A stretch of DNA of 63,590 nucleotides, filler included, from Octopus bimaculoides (taxonomy: Eukaryota), in the NCBI RefSeq assembly GCF_001194135.2. It is 5 parts of 5 records of this genome, joined end to end, with 100 filler letters (N's around TTAATTAATTAA, not from the genome) between each part and the next. Parts side by side here need not be neighbours in the genome. Positions count along the whole stretch, not along the records: positions 12,486 to 31,884 come from NC_068982.1; 4 more parts are not named here. One strand, given 5' to 3'. The notes under the pieces were generated by a model. That model was not told the origin of the DNA. It ran no database searches and saw only the letters and a list, made by a program, of their open reading frames with translations. Made by a program: the position numbers and the translations under genes. This document shows, one piece after another, positions 12,745 to 24,597 of the stretch. The stretch's first letter is position 1. Each line of letters opens with the position of its first letter.

Positions 12745-13345
12745 CATCATCGTTTAATGTTCATAGTCCATGCTGGCATGGGTTGGATGGTTTGACGGAT
12801 TGGCAAGATGGAAGGCTACACTAGACTCCAGTGTTATTTGGCAGAGTTTCTACAGCTGGATGCCCTTCCTAACGCCAACCACTCAGAGAGTGTAGTGGGT
12901 GCTTTTCCATGCCACCGGCATCAGTGCCATTTGTGTGACAACAGTATCTGCCACGACTGTGATTTTGCTCAGCTTGATGGGGCTTCTTCTCAAGCATGAC
13001 ATAATGCCAAAGGTCTCAGTCATTACCTACGTGAGACCTAATTCTTGAAAGATGCCTTTTACATGCCACCATCATCAGTCACGATTATGATTTCACTTGG
13101 TTTGATGGGCCTTCTCAAGTACTGCATATTGTCAACGGTCTCAGTCACTAACCATTGTCTCTGTGAGGCCCAAAGTTCAAAGATCATGCTTCACCACCTC
13201 ATCCCATGTCTTCCTGGATCTACCTCTACCACAGGCTCCCTCCACAGTTAGTGATCAGCTCTTCTTTACACAGCTGTCCTCATCCATATGCATCACATGA
13301 CCATACTAGCACATTCATCTCTCTTGCACATCACATCTGATGCCT
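12745..13345 (-). mobile_element. RTE-type LINE 3' end fragment
   Basis: Antisense to the 18400-18600 coding end and to the CCAACCCATGCCAGCATGG..(GAT)n tail. Confidence 0.75.
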
Positions 13346-13394
13346 ATATATATGTATATTCCGATAGGAGTNNNNNNNNNNATATATATATATG

Positions 13395-13790
13395 TATATT
13401 CCGATAGGAGTTCATATTTTGTTATTTGAAATGATTTTACACTGTTCATTCAAAGGGGTCTCCCTTTGAATGAACAGCACAAGGAATTAATATCTCCACA
13501 CTATGCATTTGAAGCCATGGACAAGAAGCCTCTCTACCCATTCTACACAACACATTCCTTGGATAATGGAACCACAACTATAACATCCAACATATTTTTA
13601 TTCTCATATTTCCCTTTGTACTTCCTATATCAATCCCTTTCCAAAATAACTTCTTATATTTCCTTCTGTTTAACTCTCTCATATTGTCTCTGATGATGGG
13701 ATATCCCTCATAACCCTCAAACAGCTGTAAGACTACCCCTCTCTTTATAAAATGTCCAAGAAATTTTATTTAACCTATATATATGGAGAG
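13395..13790 (+). mobile_element. probable Penelope-like element 3'/pLTR relic with decayed hammerhead
   Basis: GTCT-CTGATGA-...-(G)AAACAGCTGTA-AGAC at 13686-13733. Confidence 0.5.
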
Positions 13791-14545
13791 ACGTTTGTGT
13801 TGGTATGGTCATGTACTGCAGATGGGCGAGGAGAGCTGAGTGAAGAAGTGCCACTTACATTCAATGGAAGGAATCTGGGGTAGAGGAAGACCCTGGAAGA
13901 CATGGGATGAGGTGGTGAAGCATGACCTTCAAACATTGGGTCTCATAGAGGCAATGACAAATGACCGAGATCTCTGGAGATATTCTATGACTGAGAAGAC
14001 TTGGCAAATAAAGTGAGTTCACAGCTGTAACCTACACCAGCATCGCATAACCAGCACACTCAAAAGTACCTTGGATTGTAGGGTGACATGCCGTGCTTGA
14101 GGAGACCNNNNNNNNNNCTTGGATTGTAGGGTGACATGCCGTGCTTGAGGAGACCTACTGAGTCAAGTACATCAACATCAATATCAAAATCAAATCAAAT
14201 CACAATCAAATGGAAATTGTACTTGTGATGCTCGTGCTGGTGGCACGTAAAAAGCACCATCCGAACATGGCCGATTCCAGTGCTGCCTTGACTGACTTTC
14301 ATGCCGGTGGCACATAAAAAGCACCATCCAATTGTGGTCGATGCTAGCTCCTCTGGCCCCTGTGCCGGTGGCATGTAAAAAGCACCCATTACACTCTCAG
14401 AGTGGTTGGTGTTAAGAAGGGCATTCAGCTGTAGAAATACTGCCAGATCAGATTGGGGCCTGGTGCATCCTCCTGGCTTTCAGGTCCCCAGTCAAACCAT
14501 CCAACCCATGCCAGCATGGAAAACGGATGTTAAAGGATGATGATG
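13790..14545 (+). mobile_element. RTE-type LINE 3' end with 3'UTR and (GAT)n tail
   Basis: WYGHV..GRGRP.KTWDEVVKHDL-like coding end as at 18380-18599, then the shared tail. Confidence 0.8.
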
Positions 14546-14554
14546 ATGATATAT

Positions 14555-15406
14555 ATTAGGGTGTGTTCAGAAAGTAATTGCATTTTTTCTACCACTATGA
14601 AATATGAACCAACCAAACACATCGGAGCCAAGGTCAAATGGACAGGAACTGTCTAGAAATAGTATCCCATCCTTTCTGTCACACAGGAATTAACTTCATG
14701 GAGGAAAAGAACTTTATGAAACAATATATTCACCATTGCTTACTGTATAAGTTTTGAAAGGAAAGTACCACTACGAAAGCAATGGAAAACATTTGTGAAG
14801 TGTATCCGGATACAGTGAAAGTTCATACATGTCAGCTGTGATTTAAAAGGTTTAAAGATGGCAATTGTGATGCATCCAACAAGATTTGCTCTAGAAGACA
14901 ACCCACTGGAAATGACGACCTTTTGAATGAGATTATTGTATCTGATCCCTGTCAAAGCACCAGAGATTTGGCACAAAAATTTAATGTGCCATGTTCAACT
15001 ATTCACAAACATTTCAAGCAAATTGAGAAAACATGCGATGAGGGAATTTGGGTTCCACATGAGCTTACACTTGGGAACCAAACACAGCCTTCCACCATCT
15101 GCAGCAGTCTTCTAACCAAGAATAACAACCTGCAGTGCATTATTATAGGTGATGAAAAATGGGTTTTGTGTCACAACAGAATATGAAAAAGTCAATGGTT
15201 ATTATGTAATGTAATGAGAGGCCAGTGCCAACACCAGAACCAGAACTTTGTCCACAAAAATCCTTGCTCTGTGTTTGGTGGAACATGAAAGGTATTGTTC
15301 ATTTTGAGCTACTGGAACATGGACGGACCATCAATGTAGATGTCTATCGCCAACAAGTTGATCAGGTAAATGAAAAATTATGTCAATAGTGGCCATCCAT
15401 CATCAA
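14555..15406 (+). mobile_element. mariner transposase relic (5' half)
   Basis: TA + TIR-like TTAGGGTGTGTTCAGAAAGTAATTGC; peptides GIWVPHEL, IIIGDEKWV, LLCVWWNMKGIVHFELLEHGRTINVDVYRQQ with stops. Confidence 0.9.
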
Positions 15407-16322
15407 CAGCACTGGATTAACCATTAAGCAAAATAAGCTCATGCTTAGGGCATCAAGGGAAAGAGGGGACACCACAGGAATGGTAAATGGTTTACGGCAC
15501 AAAAGAAATCACTTTAAACTTGCTAAAATAATATTCGGGGTGCCTTTATCTCTATTAAGTATAGATGCAGATGTGTTACCTAAGATTAATTTTGAGGATC
15601 TGACCAAAGACTTTGCCATCCAAAAATGTAGGAGGAAACATTTCAAATATAAATAAAGTGGAAGTATACAAAAATAAACATTATTTTCCTTCTTAATATT
15701 TTGTTTTGAAAAATAAAAATTTATTTTATGATTTGTTGTAGGAGTGGCTGTGTGGTAAGTAGCTTGCTTACCAACCACNNNNNNNNNNNNNNNNNNNNNN
15801 NNNNNNNNNNNNNNNNNNNNNNNNNNNNNNNNNNNNNNNNNNNNNNNNNNNNNNNNNNNNNNNNNNNNNNNNNNNNNNNNNNNNNNNNNNNNNNNNNNNN
15901 NNNNNNNNNNNNNNNNNNNNNNNNNNNNNNNNNNNNNNNNNNNNNNNNNNNNNNNNNNNNNNNNNNNNNNNNNNNNNNNNNNNNNNNNNNNNNNNNTATG
16001 TATGTGTTTGTGTGTCTGTGTTTGTTCCCCCCCCCCCACCAACATCGCTTGACAACCGATGCTAGTGTGTTTACATCCCCGTAACTTAGTGGTTCAGCAA
16101 AAGAGACCGATGGAATAAGTACCAGGCTTACAAAGAATAAGTCCTGGGTTTGATTTTCTCGACTAAAGGCAGTGCTCCAGCATGGTCACAGTCAAATGAC
16201 TGAAACAAGTAAAAGAGTAAAGAGTAAAGAGTTTATATTTTGAATTACATAATCTTTTATGGGGGGGGGGCACCAAAATCTTTTCAGTGTTTAGGACCTC
16301 AATGGGTTTTAATCCGGACCTG
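15407..16322 (+). mobile_element. non-autonomous hAT deletion derivative
   Basis: TIRs CAGCACTGGATTAA / TTAATCCGGACCTG; 8-bp TSD ATCATCAA (15399-15406, 16323-16330); internal LSLLSIDADVLPKINFEDLTKDFAIQKCRRK resembles a hAT dimerisation-domain C-terminus. Confidence 0.8.
15741..16232 (+). mobile_element. SINE family C (gap in its internal microsatellite)
   Basis: Head GGAGTGGCTGTGTGGTAAGTAGCTTGCTTACCAACCAC; tail matches 6680-6890. Confidence 0.8.
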
Positions 16323-16729
16323 ATCATCAACATTTTTTATAGTTACTTCTCTATATTTGACTGAGTCAGACAGAGTTTATTGAGGCAGATTTTCTAAGGC
16401 CAAATACCCTTCCTGTTGCCACCCTCATCTGTTTCCAAACAAAGTAATATTTACCCATAGCCAAGTGTGTTGTCACACGATGCTGGAAATGAATGACGTT
16501 ATTATGACAATGACACTTACTTACAAATACTAGTGCAATGTCAAGACAAAGAGGCACAAAATATACAATTAAAACTTGTCATCGCAGCAATGACATTCAT
16601 TTCCAACATTCTGTGAAAACATGCCTGGCTATGGGAAAACATTTACTTTCTTTCGAAACAGATGAAGGCGGCAACAGCAAAGGGATCTGACCATAGAAAA
16701 TCTGCTGCAATAAATTGTCTGACCCAAAT

Positions 16730-16960
16730 ATACACACACACACACATATATCTATACATATACATATACACACACATACACACACACACACACACACATA
16801 TATCTATACATATACATACACACACACACACACACATATATCTATACATATACATACACACATATATATCTATACATATACATACACACACACACACACA
16901 CATATATCTATACATATACATACACACACACACACACACATATATCTATACATATACANN
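16730..16960. repeat. higher-order (CA)/(TA) compound repeat
   Basis: Recurrent unit ACACACACACATATATCTATACATATACAT. Confidence 0.85.
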
Positions 16961-17189
16961 NNNNNNNNNNNNNNNNNNNNNNNNNNNNNNNNNNNNNNNN
17001 NNNNNNNNNNNNNNNNNNNNNNNNNNNNNNNNNNNNNNNNNNNNNNNNNNNNNNNNNNNNNNNNNNNNNNNNNNNNNNNNNNNNNNNNNNNNNNNNNNNN
17101 NNNNNNNNNNNNNNNNNNNNNNNNNNNNNNNNNNNNNNNNNNNNNNNNNNNNNNNNNNNNNNNNNNNNNNNNNNNNNNNNNNNNNNNNN

Positions 17190-17330
17190 NGGCATTAGGA
17201 AGAGCATCCAGCTGTAGAAACTGTGCCAAATCAGATTGGAGCCTGGTGTAGCCACCTGGTTCACCAGTCCTCAGTCAAATCATCCAACCCATGCTAGCAT
17301 GGAAAGCGGACGTTAAACGATGATGATGAT
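17190..17330 (+). mobile_element. RTE 3' tail copy
   Basis: GGGCATCCAGCTGTAGAAAC..CCAACCCATGCTAGCATGGAAAGCGGACGTTAAACGATGATG-type tail. Confidence 0.85.
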
Positions 17331-17363
17331 ACATATATATATATATACATATACTACATATAT

Positions 17364-19000
17364 ATGGCTTTCGTTGACATGGAGAAAGCCTTTGACAGGG
17401 TCCCTCGATCCCTTATCTGGTGGTTAATGAGTAAACTAGAGATAGAAGAATGGTTAGTGAGAGCTGTGCGAGCCATGTACAGAGATGATGTTAGTAAGGT
17501 GAGGGTTGGCAACGAGTACAGTGAAGAATTCTGGGTAGAGGTAGGGGTCCACCAAGGTTCAGTCCTCAGTCCCCTCCTATTTATCACAGTCCTCCAGGCA
17601 ATAATACAGGAATTCAAGACAGGATGCTCCTGGGAGTTCCTCTATGCTGATGGCCTTGCACTAATTATTGAGTCACTATCAGAACTAGAGGAGAAGTTTC
17701 AGGTGTGGAAGCAAGGACTAGAATCGAAGGGCCTTAGAGTCCACCTAGCTAAAATCAAAGTCCTAATAAGTAGGAAGGTAGACAAAACACGAACCCCTTC
17801 AGTTAGATGGCCCTGCTCAATCTGTAGAAAAGGTGTTGGTAGAAACTCTATAAGATGTAAACAGTACAAGCTATGGACACATAAGAGGTGCAGCAATATC
17901 AAAGGAAGGCTAACTAGCAAGATAGTTTTTGTATGTGGCAGATGTTCAGGAGCAATAAACACTGAAAATGTGCAGAGAACAACCTTTGCCACATTCCAGG
18001 GAGAAAAACTAGACATAGTTGATAGCTTCTGCTACCTAGGAGACCAAGTTAGTAGTGGGGGAGGGTGCACTGAAAGTGTAGCTGCTAGAATAAGAATAGC
18101 CTGGGCAAAGTTCAGAGAGCTCTTACTTCTGCTGGTGACAAAGGGCCTCTCACTCAGAGTAAAAGGCAGACTGTATGACGCATGTGTATGAACAGCCATG
18201 CTACATGGCAGTGAAACATGGGCCGTGACTGCTGAGGACATGCATAAGCTCGCAAGGAATGAAGCCAGTATGCTCTGATAGATGTGTAATGTCAGTGTGC
18301 ATACCCAACAGAGAGTAAGTATCTTGAGAGAAAAGTTAAACCTAAGAAGCATCAGTTATGGTGTGCAAGAGAGACAATTGCGTTGGTATGGTCATGTGGC
18401 GAGAATGGATGAGGATAGCTGTGGGAAAAAGTGTCACACCCTAGCGGTTGAGGGAACCTGTGGAAGAGGTAGACCCAGGAAGATCTGGGATGAAGTGGTG
18501 AAGCCTGACCTACGAACATTAGGTATCACCGAGGCAATAATTTGTGATCGAGACCTTTGGAAATATGCTGTGCGTGAGAAGACCCGGCAAGCCAAGTGAG
18601 ACCATAATCTGAGGCCTCTGCCAGAGGTGTAGCCAGCCCACTTATACATACCTTTCCTTCATTGAATACTAAACTCTGCTTGCGAAGACCTGGTGAGGCA
18701 AATGAAATCGAAATCAAACCAAATTTGACGACTGGCACCCATGCCAACCTCTCCTTCATTGGACACTAAACTCTGCTTGCGAAGACCTGTTGGGGCAAGT
18801 GAAATCGAAATCATGATGGCATGAGCACTGACCAAGCGTGATCATTGCCAGAGCAGCTCTCTGGCTCCCATGCCAGTGGCACATACATAGCACCATTTGA
18901 GCTTGATCATTACCAATGTCGCCTTACTGGCCCTTGTGCCGGTGGCACATGAAAAACACCATTTTGAGCATGGCCGTTGCCAGTACCACCTGACCGGCCT
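17364..19000 (+). mobile_element. 5'-truncated RTE-type LINE: RT C-terminal half with PHD-like insert, 3'UTR
   Basis: FVDMEKAFDRVP, HQGSVLSPLLF, LYADG (YADD decayed), FCYLGDQ, LRWYGHVARM, GRGRPRKIW; in-frame stops at ~18189 and ~18276. Confidence 0.92.
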
Positions 19001-19639
19001 TCATGCCGTGTGTGTGTGTGTGTGCGTGTGTGTGCGTGTGTGTGAGTGTGTGTCTGCATGTATGTGATATTAGATATTATATTCATCACACTCACTAACA
19101 ATATTTCAAGTAGACATCCTTCACTTTCCAACCAACAGCATGACTGATTGTTACAATACAAACCACCTGTCAATTCTTCCCTCACAGATCAATTTTTTGT
19201 TTTTTTTATATTTTACAGATTTCTTTTTGTTTTTTAGCACTTCTATTTTTATCTCCTTAAGATAACCGAGAAGTTACTTAGTGCATCAGAACATACTAAA
19301 ATCTATATATATGTATAAATATCATTCATAAGATTTACACGTGTCATATATAGTAAAGTGCATTTTTTCGATTTTTAAGTTGACAATGACAAATATCCTC
19401 GTGACTCATATTGTGAATGAATGCAAAAATTTATCAGCAAATATTTCCTCTGTAAAATTGCAAAGGACATTATTGAAGCCTGTTTAAGAGACGCACTTCA
19501 GTATTTGTACAGCTTCCATTTCTTCCAGCTGTTACATATTTTACATTCCTCTGGGTCCAGTGTGGGGACAAAGATGAGAATGTGTTTGTGTCTGCTTGTG
19601 ATTATATGGCCTCCTAAAACAGTTTGTGGAAGCATGTAT

Positions 19640-20230
19640 GTATGTCTCTTCTGTTTTTTTAATTATTATAAATCTTCCACTGAGGAGGGAGCCAGTTTCC
19701 AACAAAGATACAAGGCTCCATCTTTGGGATGTAGTTAACACAGACAAATTCACTTTTGGAACTTGAGAAAAGTCTTATATATTTTTACTGTTCCACTCAC
19801 TGATTACACTTGTAATGTACGAATCAGCCAGTCAATTTCTCTTTCAGAAAATCCCAGTTTATCTAGATTCTCCTTTAAGCATTTACTAACAAAACCTAGC
19901 GCTCCAATTATTATTGGTATGGATATGAATTCATAGAAGCTGGAGGTTTTGAAGCAGTTGTCCATAGATATCCTCTTTCACTTTGATCTTCAAAGAGATA
20001 TTTGTATCTGTAGGGCAGCTGACCTCTATGATGGCACATACCTTTGCCTCTCTGTCCCAAACAACAATATCTGGCCTGTTGTATTTACATTTGACAGAAG
20101 TTTTGATGGGAATATTCCACCAGTATTTCTTGAGCTGGTGTTGATGGATGTATTCCATAACAGAGGGATTTTCTAAGTTTATTTCAGGACAGTCTTTTTA
20201 GCAGATGGCATTGTAAATTGTTTTAGCAAC
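19640..20230 (-). mobile_element. RLE-type (R4/Dong-like) non-LTR 3' end
   Basis: WNIPIKTSVKCKYNRPDIVVWDREAKVCAIIEVSCPTDTN..IPIIIGALGFV: PD-(D/E)xK-type restriction-like endonuclease. Confidence 0.85.
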
Positions 20231-20329
20231 AACATCGTGCCACATCGGGAGGTAGTACTGAGGTGTGTATGAGTGTACGTGTGTGTGTATATGTGCGTGT
20301 ATGTATGCATATGTATATGTATGTATGTA

Positions 20330-20730
20330 TGTCATTATTCAATTTTATTTCAAGAGTTCTTGCCAATACAGAAAGAGCCAGTTTCTAACCTAGATCTAAG
20401 GCTCCTTTATTGGAATTTCAGCATCAACAACAGGGTATGTATATATATGTATGTATACATGCAGATTTGTATGTTTTGTCTTATGTATGTCTTCTCATGC
20501 ATATAGTTGCCTATCTAGACATGTTCATATATATACTTAAATGTTAAACTTCTAGAAAGCTTCACAGATTTTCACAGTTCCAGTGATGGATTGGATCTGT
20601 AGTCTTCAAATCACCTTTCTCCTTTCTGGTTTTGAGAAGCCTAATTTCTCAAGATTGGTATTTAGGGGTAGTGTGTTACATATCCTAGTGCCCCAATAAT
20701 TACAGGTATAAGCCTGAACTTATAATCTGA
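20330..20730 (-). mobile_element. second RLE-type 3' end fragment
   Basis: DYKFRLIPVIIGALGYV..LEKLGFSKPERR..LQIQSITGTVKICE; shares GAGCCAGTTTC..AAGGCTCC terminal block with 19690-19720. Confidence 0.7.
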
Positions 20731-20780
20731 ATAAAGTATGTATGTATTTGTGTGTGTGTGTGTGTGTGTATGTGTGTGTG

Positions 20781-22320
20781 TACAGGGTGTTCAAGTTGAA
20801 TTTGACAATTTGCATAAAAGGAAAAGGAAACACAATATCACATGATCATCGTCATTTAATACCTGTTTTCCAGGCTGGCATGGGTTGGACAGTTTGACTG
20901 AAGTCTGGAGAGCCAGTGGCCGCACTAGGCTCTACTCTGATCTGGCAATGTTTCTACAGCTGGATGCCCTTCCTAAAGCCAACCACTGCAAGAGTGTAGT
21001 GGGTGCTTTTTATGTTCTACTGGCACGGGAGCCACTCAGGCAGCACTGGCATTGGCCATGTTTGGATGCTACTTTTTATGTGCCACCAGCACAGGAGCCA
21101 GTCAGGTGGCACTTGCATCTCATCCAAAAATGAAAGTATTTTAGAATATCAAAAAAATATCAACTAGATTATAGCTGGGGGATAACTGTTTACACTAAGT
21201 AACCACCCCTAGCTTCCACCATAGCCTCAAGATGGCCCTTGAACCTGGCACATGTATTCCTCTCTGTGTCCCTGGGAAGATCTTCGAACACGTCCTTAAT
21301 CATGGCCACCAGCTCAAGCTTTGTGTTGTCGGCAGAGCAGGCTTTCTCAATTGCACTTGATGCATATGTTGTTGTTGGCACTCCATCGCTTACGACGTCG
21401 AGGGTTCTGGTTGATCCGATCAACGGAACAGCCTGCTCATGAGATTAACGTGCAAGTGGATGAGCACTCCACAGACACGTGTACCCTTAACGTAGTTCTC
21501 GGGGGTATTCAGCGTGACACAGAACGTGACAAGGCTGGCCCTTTGAAATACAGGTACAACAGAAACAGAAAGTAAGAGAAAGATGTGGTGAAAGAGAACA
21601 ACAGGGTTCACCACCATCCCCTGGCGGAGCCTCGTGGAGCTTTAGGTATTTTCGCTTAATAAACACTCACGACGCCCGGTCTGGGAATTGAAACCGCTAT
21701 CCTATGACCACGAGTCCGCTGCCCTAACCACTGGGCCATTGCACCTCCACTCACCTGATGCATAGTAATGCATGGGATTACAATCAGAGAAATTAGCAGA
21801 CTGGAAATTGGGGCTGGTGAAGTCAAGGAAATTCTCCAACAACCACTTCTGAATCTTTCTGGAAGTATGGCAAGGGGCCAAAACCTGCAACTCCCTATAT
21901 GGTTTTCCAGCAGCAACCCTTTCCAGCTAGGGTTTGACCACTCTCTCCAGCAGCTTCACATAGTTCTCTGAACTGAGCCCTAAGGCTCTGTTCATCAGTT
22001 GTTGAATGAATCCTGCATGTAGACACAGTCAGAATGCCTGCTGTCACCCTTTCTGCTGGCCATGGCTTCAGAGTCTCCATTGCAGCTATCCATATCACAC
22101 TTACAACCTTTACAATGTTCACATAGCATTGAATAGCAGTCATAATGTTGGCATTTTCACACCCAGCATGAATCATCATCAGACAGGTAACTCTTTTCCA
22201 ATGTTCAGATGGCTCTATGTCAACTAACTTTAACATTTATCCTCTCCAACACCGCTGACTGTTCGTCAATAAATCATTCTGTTCTTGGAAAAAGGAGACG
22301 TAAAAATGCTTACATTATAG
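20781..22320 (-). mobile_element. Tc1/mariner-superfamily transposase relic interrupted by an RTE tail (20850-21115) and a SINE
   Basis: APCHTSRKIQKWLLENFLDFTSPNFQSANFSDCNPMHYYA resumes after the SINE as SSAIEKACSADNTKLEL..ARFKGHLEAMVEARGGY; TACAGGGTGTTCAAG TIR-like at 20781. Confidence 0.75.
21367..21751 (-). mobile_element. SINE family A
   Basis: Full copy; 13-bp TSD CACTTGATGCATA (21354-21366) / CACCTGATGCATA (21752-21764). Confidence 0.9.
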
Positions 22321-22531
22321 AATTTTTGCCTCCAATTCTCCAATCCCAAGTTTTAGCCTTTCTATTATTGATTTTGTACTCATTATTATTTTTTTATGTG
22401 AATATGTCTCTTTACTTCCTGAGTGATATTTGACATTACATTCTTGAATCACCGTATCATTTTTTGTTATAGCATTATAAAAAAATTACCATTTTATTCA
22501 CTTCAGTAATCTTTTTTAAATTTATTTTTAG

Positions 22532-22590
22532 CTGACCTAAACAACCAGCTACTTCTGAGATATTATGGATATCCCTTCATCAGAGATGGT
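22532..22590 (+). CDS. candidate internal exon (DLNNQLLLRYYGYPFIRDG), unidentified
   Basis: T-rich acceptor TTTATTTTTAG, GTGAGA donor, open frame, phase-compatible with 9695-9754. Confidence 0.35.
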
Positions 22591-23484
22591 GTGAGAAGGT
22601 TAAATAGAGAAAATATTTGAGTTCGATATATATGTATATATATATACACACACACACACATAAACACATATATGTACTTACATTTATATATAGGCGCATA
22701 TGTATGTAAACATATCCATGTCCCGTGGGAGTTTAATGGAGCCGATCTTAGTATAATAAAGTCAAAATAACTGAAACATGTGATTACTGATATATAGCTT
22801 TAAAATGTTTTAATTTTTTTCAAAACTATGACACAATAGCCTTGTTATTGGTTATTGTTATTTGGACTTCACGCAGTCCCTTGATTACAGTGACCTTCAC
22901 TCAAAAGCATTCCAACTATGGCCACCCCATCTTTATTTTCTGGGTATCTAGAACTACATTATTCAATGCATTGTTCATTGTTTTAAGATGGCTGGCTCTG
23001 ATTAGAAAGAAATTTGACTGTTATTTCTAGCAGGTCTAACAACCACAAAGAGGCTGCAATGTCATTTTGATCTTTACGGGTATGAATAGTTGGTCACATT
23101 TATTTCTATTTGTTGTCTATTGAAAATGAAATTTGCTTTTCAGTGACTTTGAATTTCAAGTACATCTGCTCTGCAATGATTTTGCAGGTTTTGTTACATC
23201 TGACAAAACTTGTTTATTAGTTTATACTAAGATATAAATAAATTTTACGAAGAATAAAATAAAAATTATGTAATAGTATTTGAATACTTCAGATTTTTGT
23301 CCCGCAATAAAATAAGATGTCTTGAATAACTAATGCATTGTTTGGTGACAAATATTTTATCTAGCATTATTGTAAAATATTACATTATTTCATAAGAATT
23401 TTTAATAATCTATGAGAAGTTGAGTGTAAAATACCTACAAGTAACAATGAGGTGTATGGACATGTGTGTGTGTATGCATATACA

Positions 23485-23590
23485 TCATCATCGTTTAACG
23501 TCCGCTTTCCATGCTAGCATGGGTTGGATGATTTGACTGAGGAGTGGCGAACCAGATGGCTACACCAGGCTCCAATCTGATCTGGCAGAT
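23485..23590 (-). mobile_element. RTE 3' tail copy
   Basis: CATCATCGTTTAACGTCCGCTTTCCATGCTAGCATGGGTTGG. Confidence 0.85.
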
Positions 23591-23599
23591 TTAGTAAAA

Positions 23600-23745
23600 T
23601 AACTTAGTTATCATTAAGCTAGCGTTAGAAACATAAATTGTGACTAAGGTTTGGTGGAAAATTTTAATTCAAAACTTATGGAAACAAGACATTAGTACTA
23701 CAGAGCCAGAGGCGGTTTCAGCCGGGTTGGTATCGAAAGGGTTAA
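23600..23745. mobile_element. piggyBac-like MITE end
   Basis: Ends GGTATCGAAAGGG+TTAA; related TTAACCGTTTTTATACCAAAC at ~3545. Confidence 0.5.
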
Positions 23746-24296
23746 ATACATGTGATGTAATCCTTTTAAAATGATTTCTAAGAAGTAACTAATGAACATA
23801 TTAGTTTGCAGAATATTTCCTTCTGTTCCAGGGTAAATGCTACTCATGGGACAAGACAATCTAGAACAGCAAGAACAACAAACATAAGGCTTCAGCAATA
23901 GAACAAAAGAAAAGTTAAACAAGATGGAAGTGCTTCAAAAACAAATATTAAACAAAAAAAAAAAACAAGGAATTAGCAACCACAATAAAGACATTCTAAA
24001 AACAAATCTGCTTCAAAAATAATTTTGTTTCTAATAACAAGTAATTTCTTACACAGGTTCGAGGCCTCCTTCAAATTTGGGGAAGATATAGTCTTTTGTT
24101 TCAGTCACTGGATTGTGGCCATGCTTGGACACCACCTTCAAGAGTTTAGTTCATAGGTTCTCAAAGTGGGTGCTACCGCCCCCGGTGGTCATTGAGAGGG
24201 CCCAGGTGGGTGCTGATGTCTAAAGGGCGGGGTAGAGAAAAAGGAGGAAGTGGATTGGAGGACACTATGAATTTATAATATTATTATAGTACTGTA

Positions 24297-24597
24297 TTGG
24301 GCCTCACCGAGGCGATGACTACTGACCGAGACCTTTGGAAATGTGCTGTGCGTGAGAAGACCCGGCAAGCCAAGTAAGATCGTTGCCAGTGCCCCTGGAC
24401 TGGTTCTTGTGCGGGTGGCACATGAGATGCACCATTTTGAGCGTGGCCGTTGCCAGTACTGCCTGACTGGCTCCCGTGGGATTTTCGAGCGAGATCGTTG
24501 CCAGTGCCCCTGGACTGGCTTGTGCGGGTGGCACATAAAAGACACCATTTCGAGCGTGGCCGTTTTCGTGCGGGTGACACGTAAAAGCACCCACTAC
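24297..24597 (+). mobile_element. RTE 3' end and modular 3'UTR (runs into gap)
   Basis: GAGACCTTTGGAAATGTGCTGTGCGTGAGAAGACCCGGCAAGCCAAGT as at 18550-18598. Confidence 0.85.

Noticed and set aside
7585-14150. Direct duplications across gaps (7585-7700/7998-8115; 13347-13371/13381-13410; 14076-14107/14119-14150)
   Set aside because: Identical sequence on either side of N runs is most simply unmerged contig overlap.
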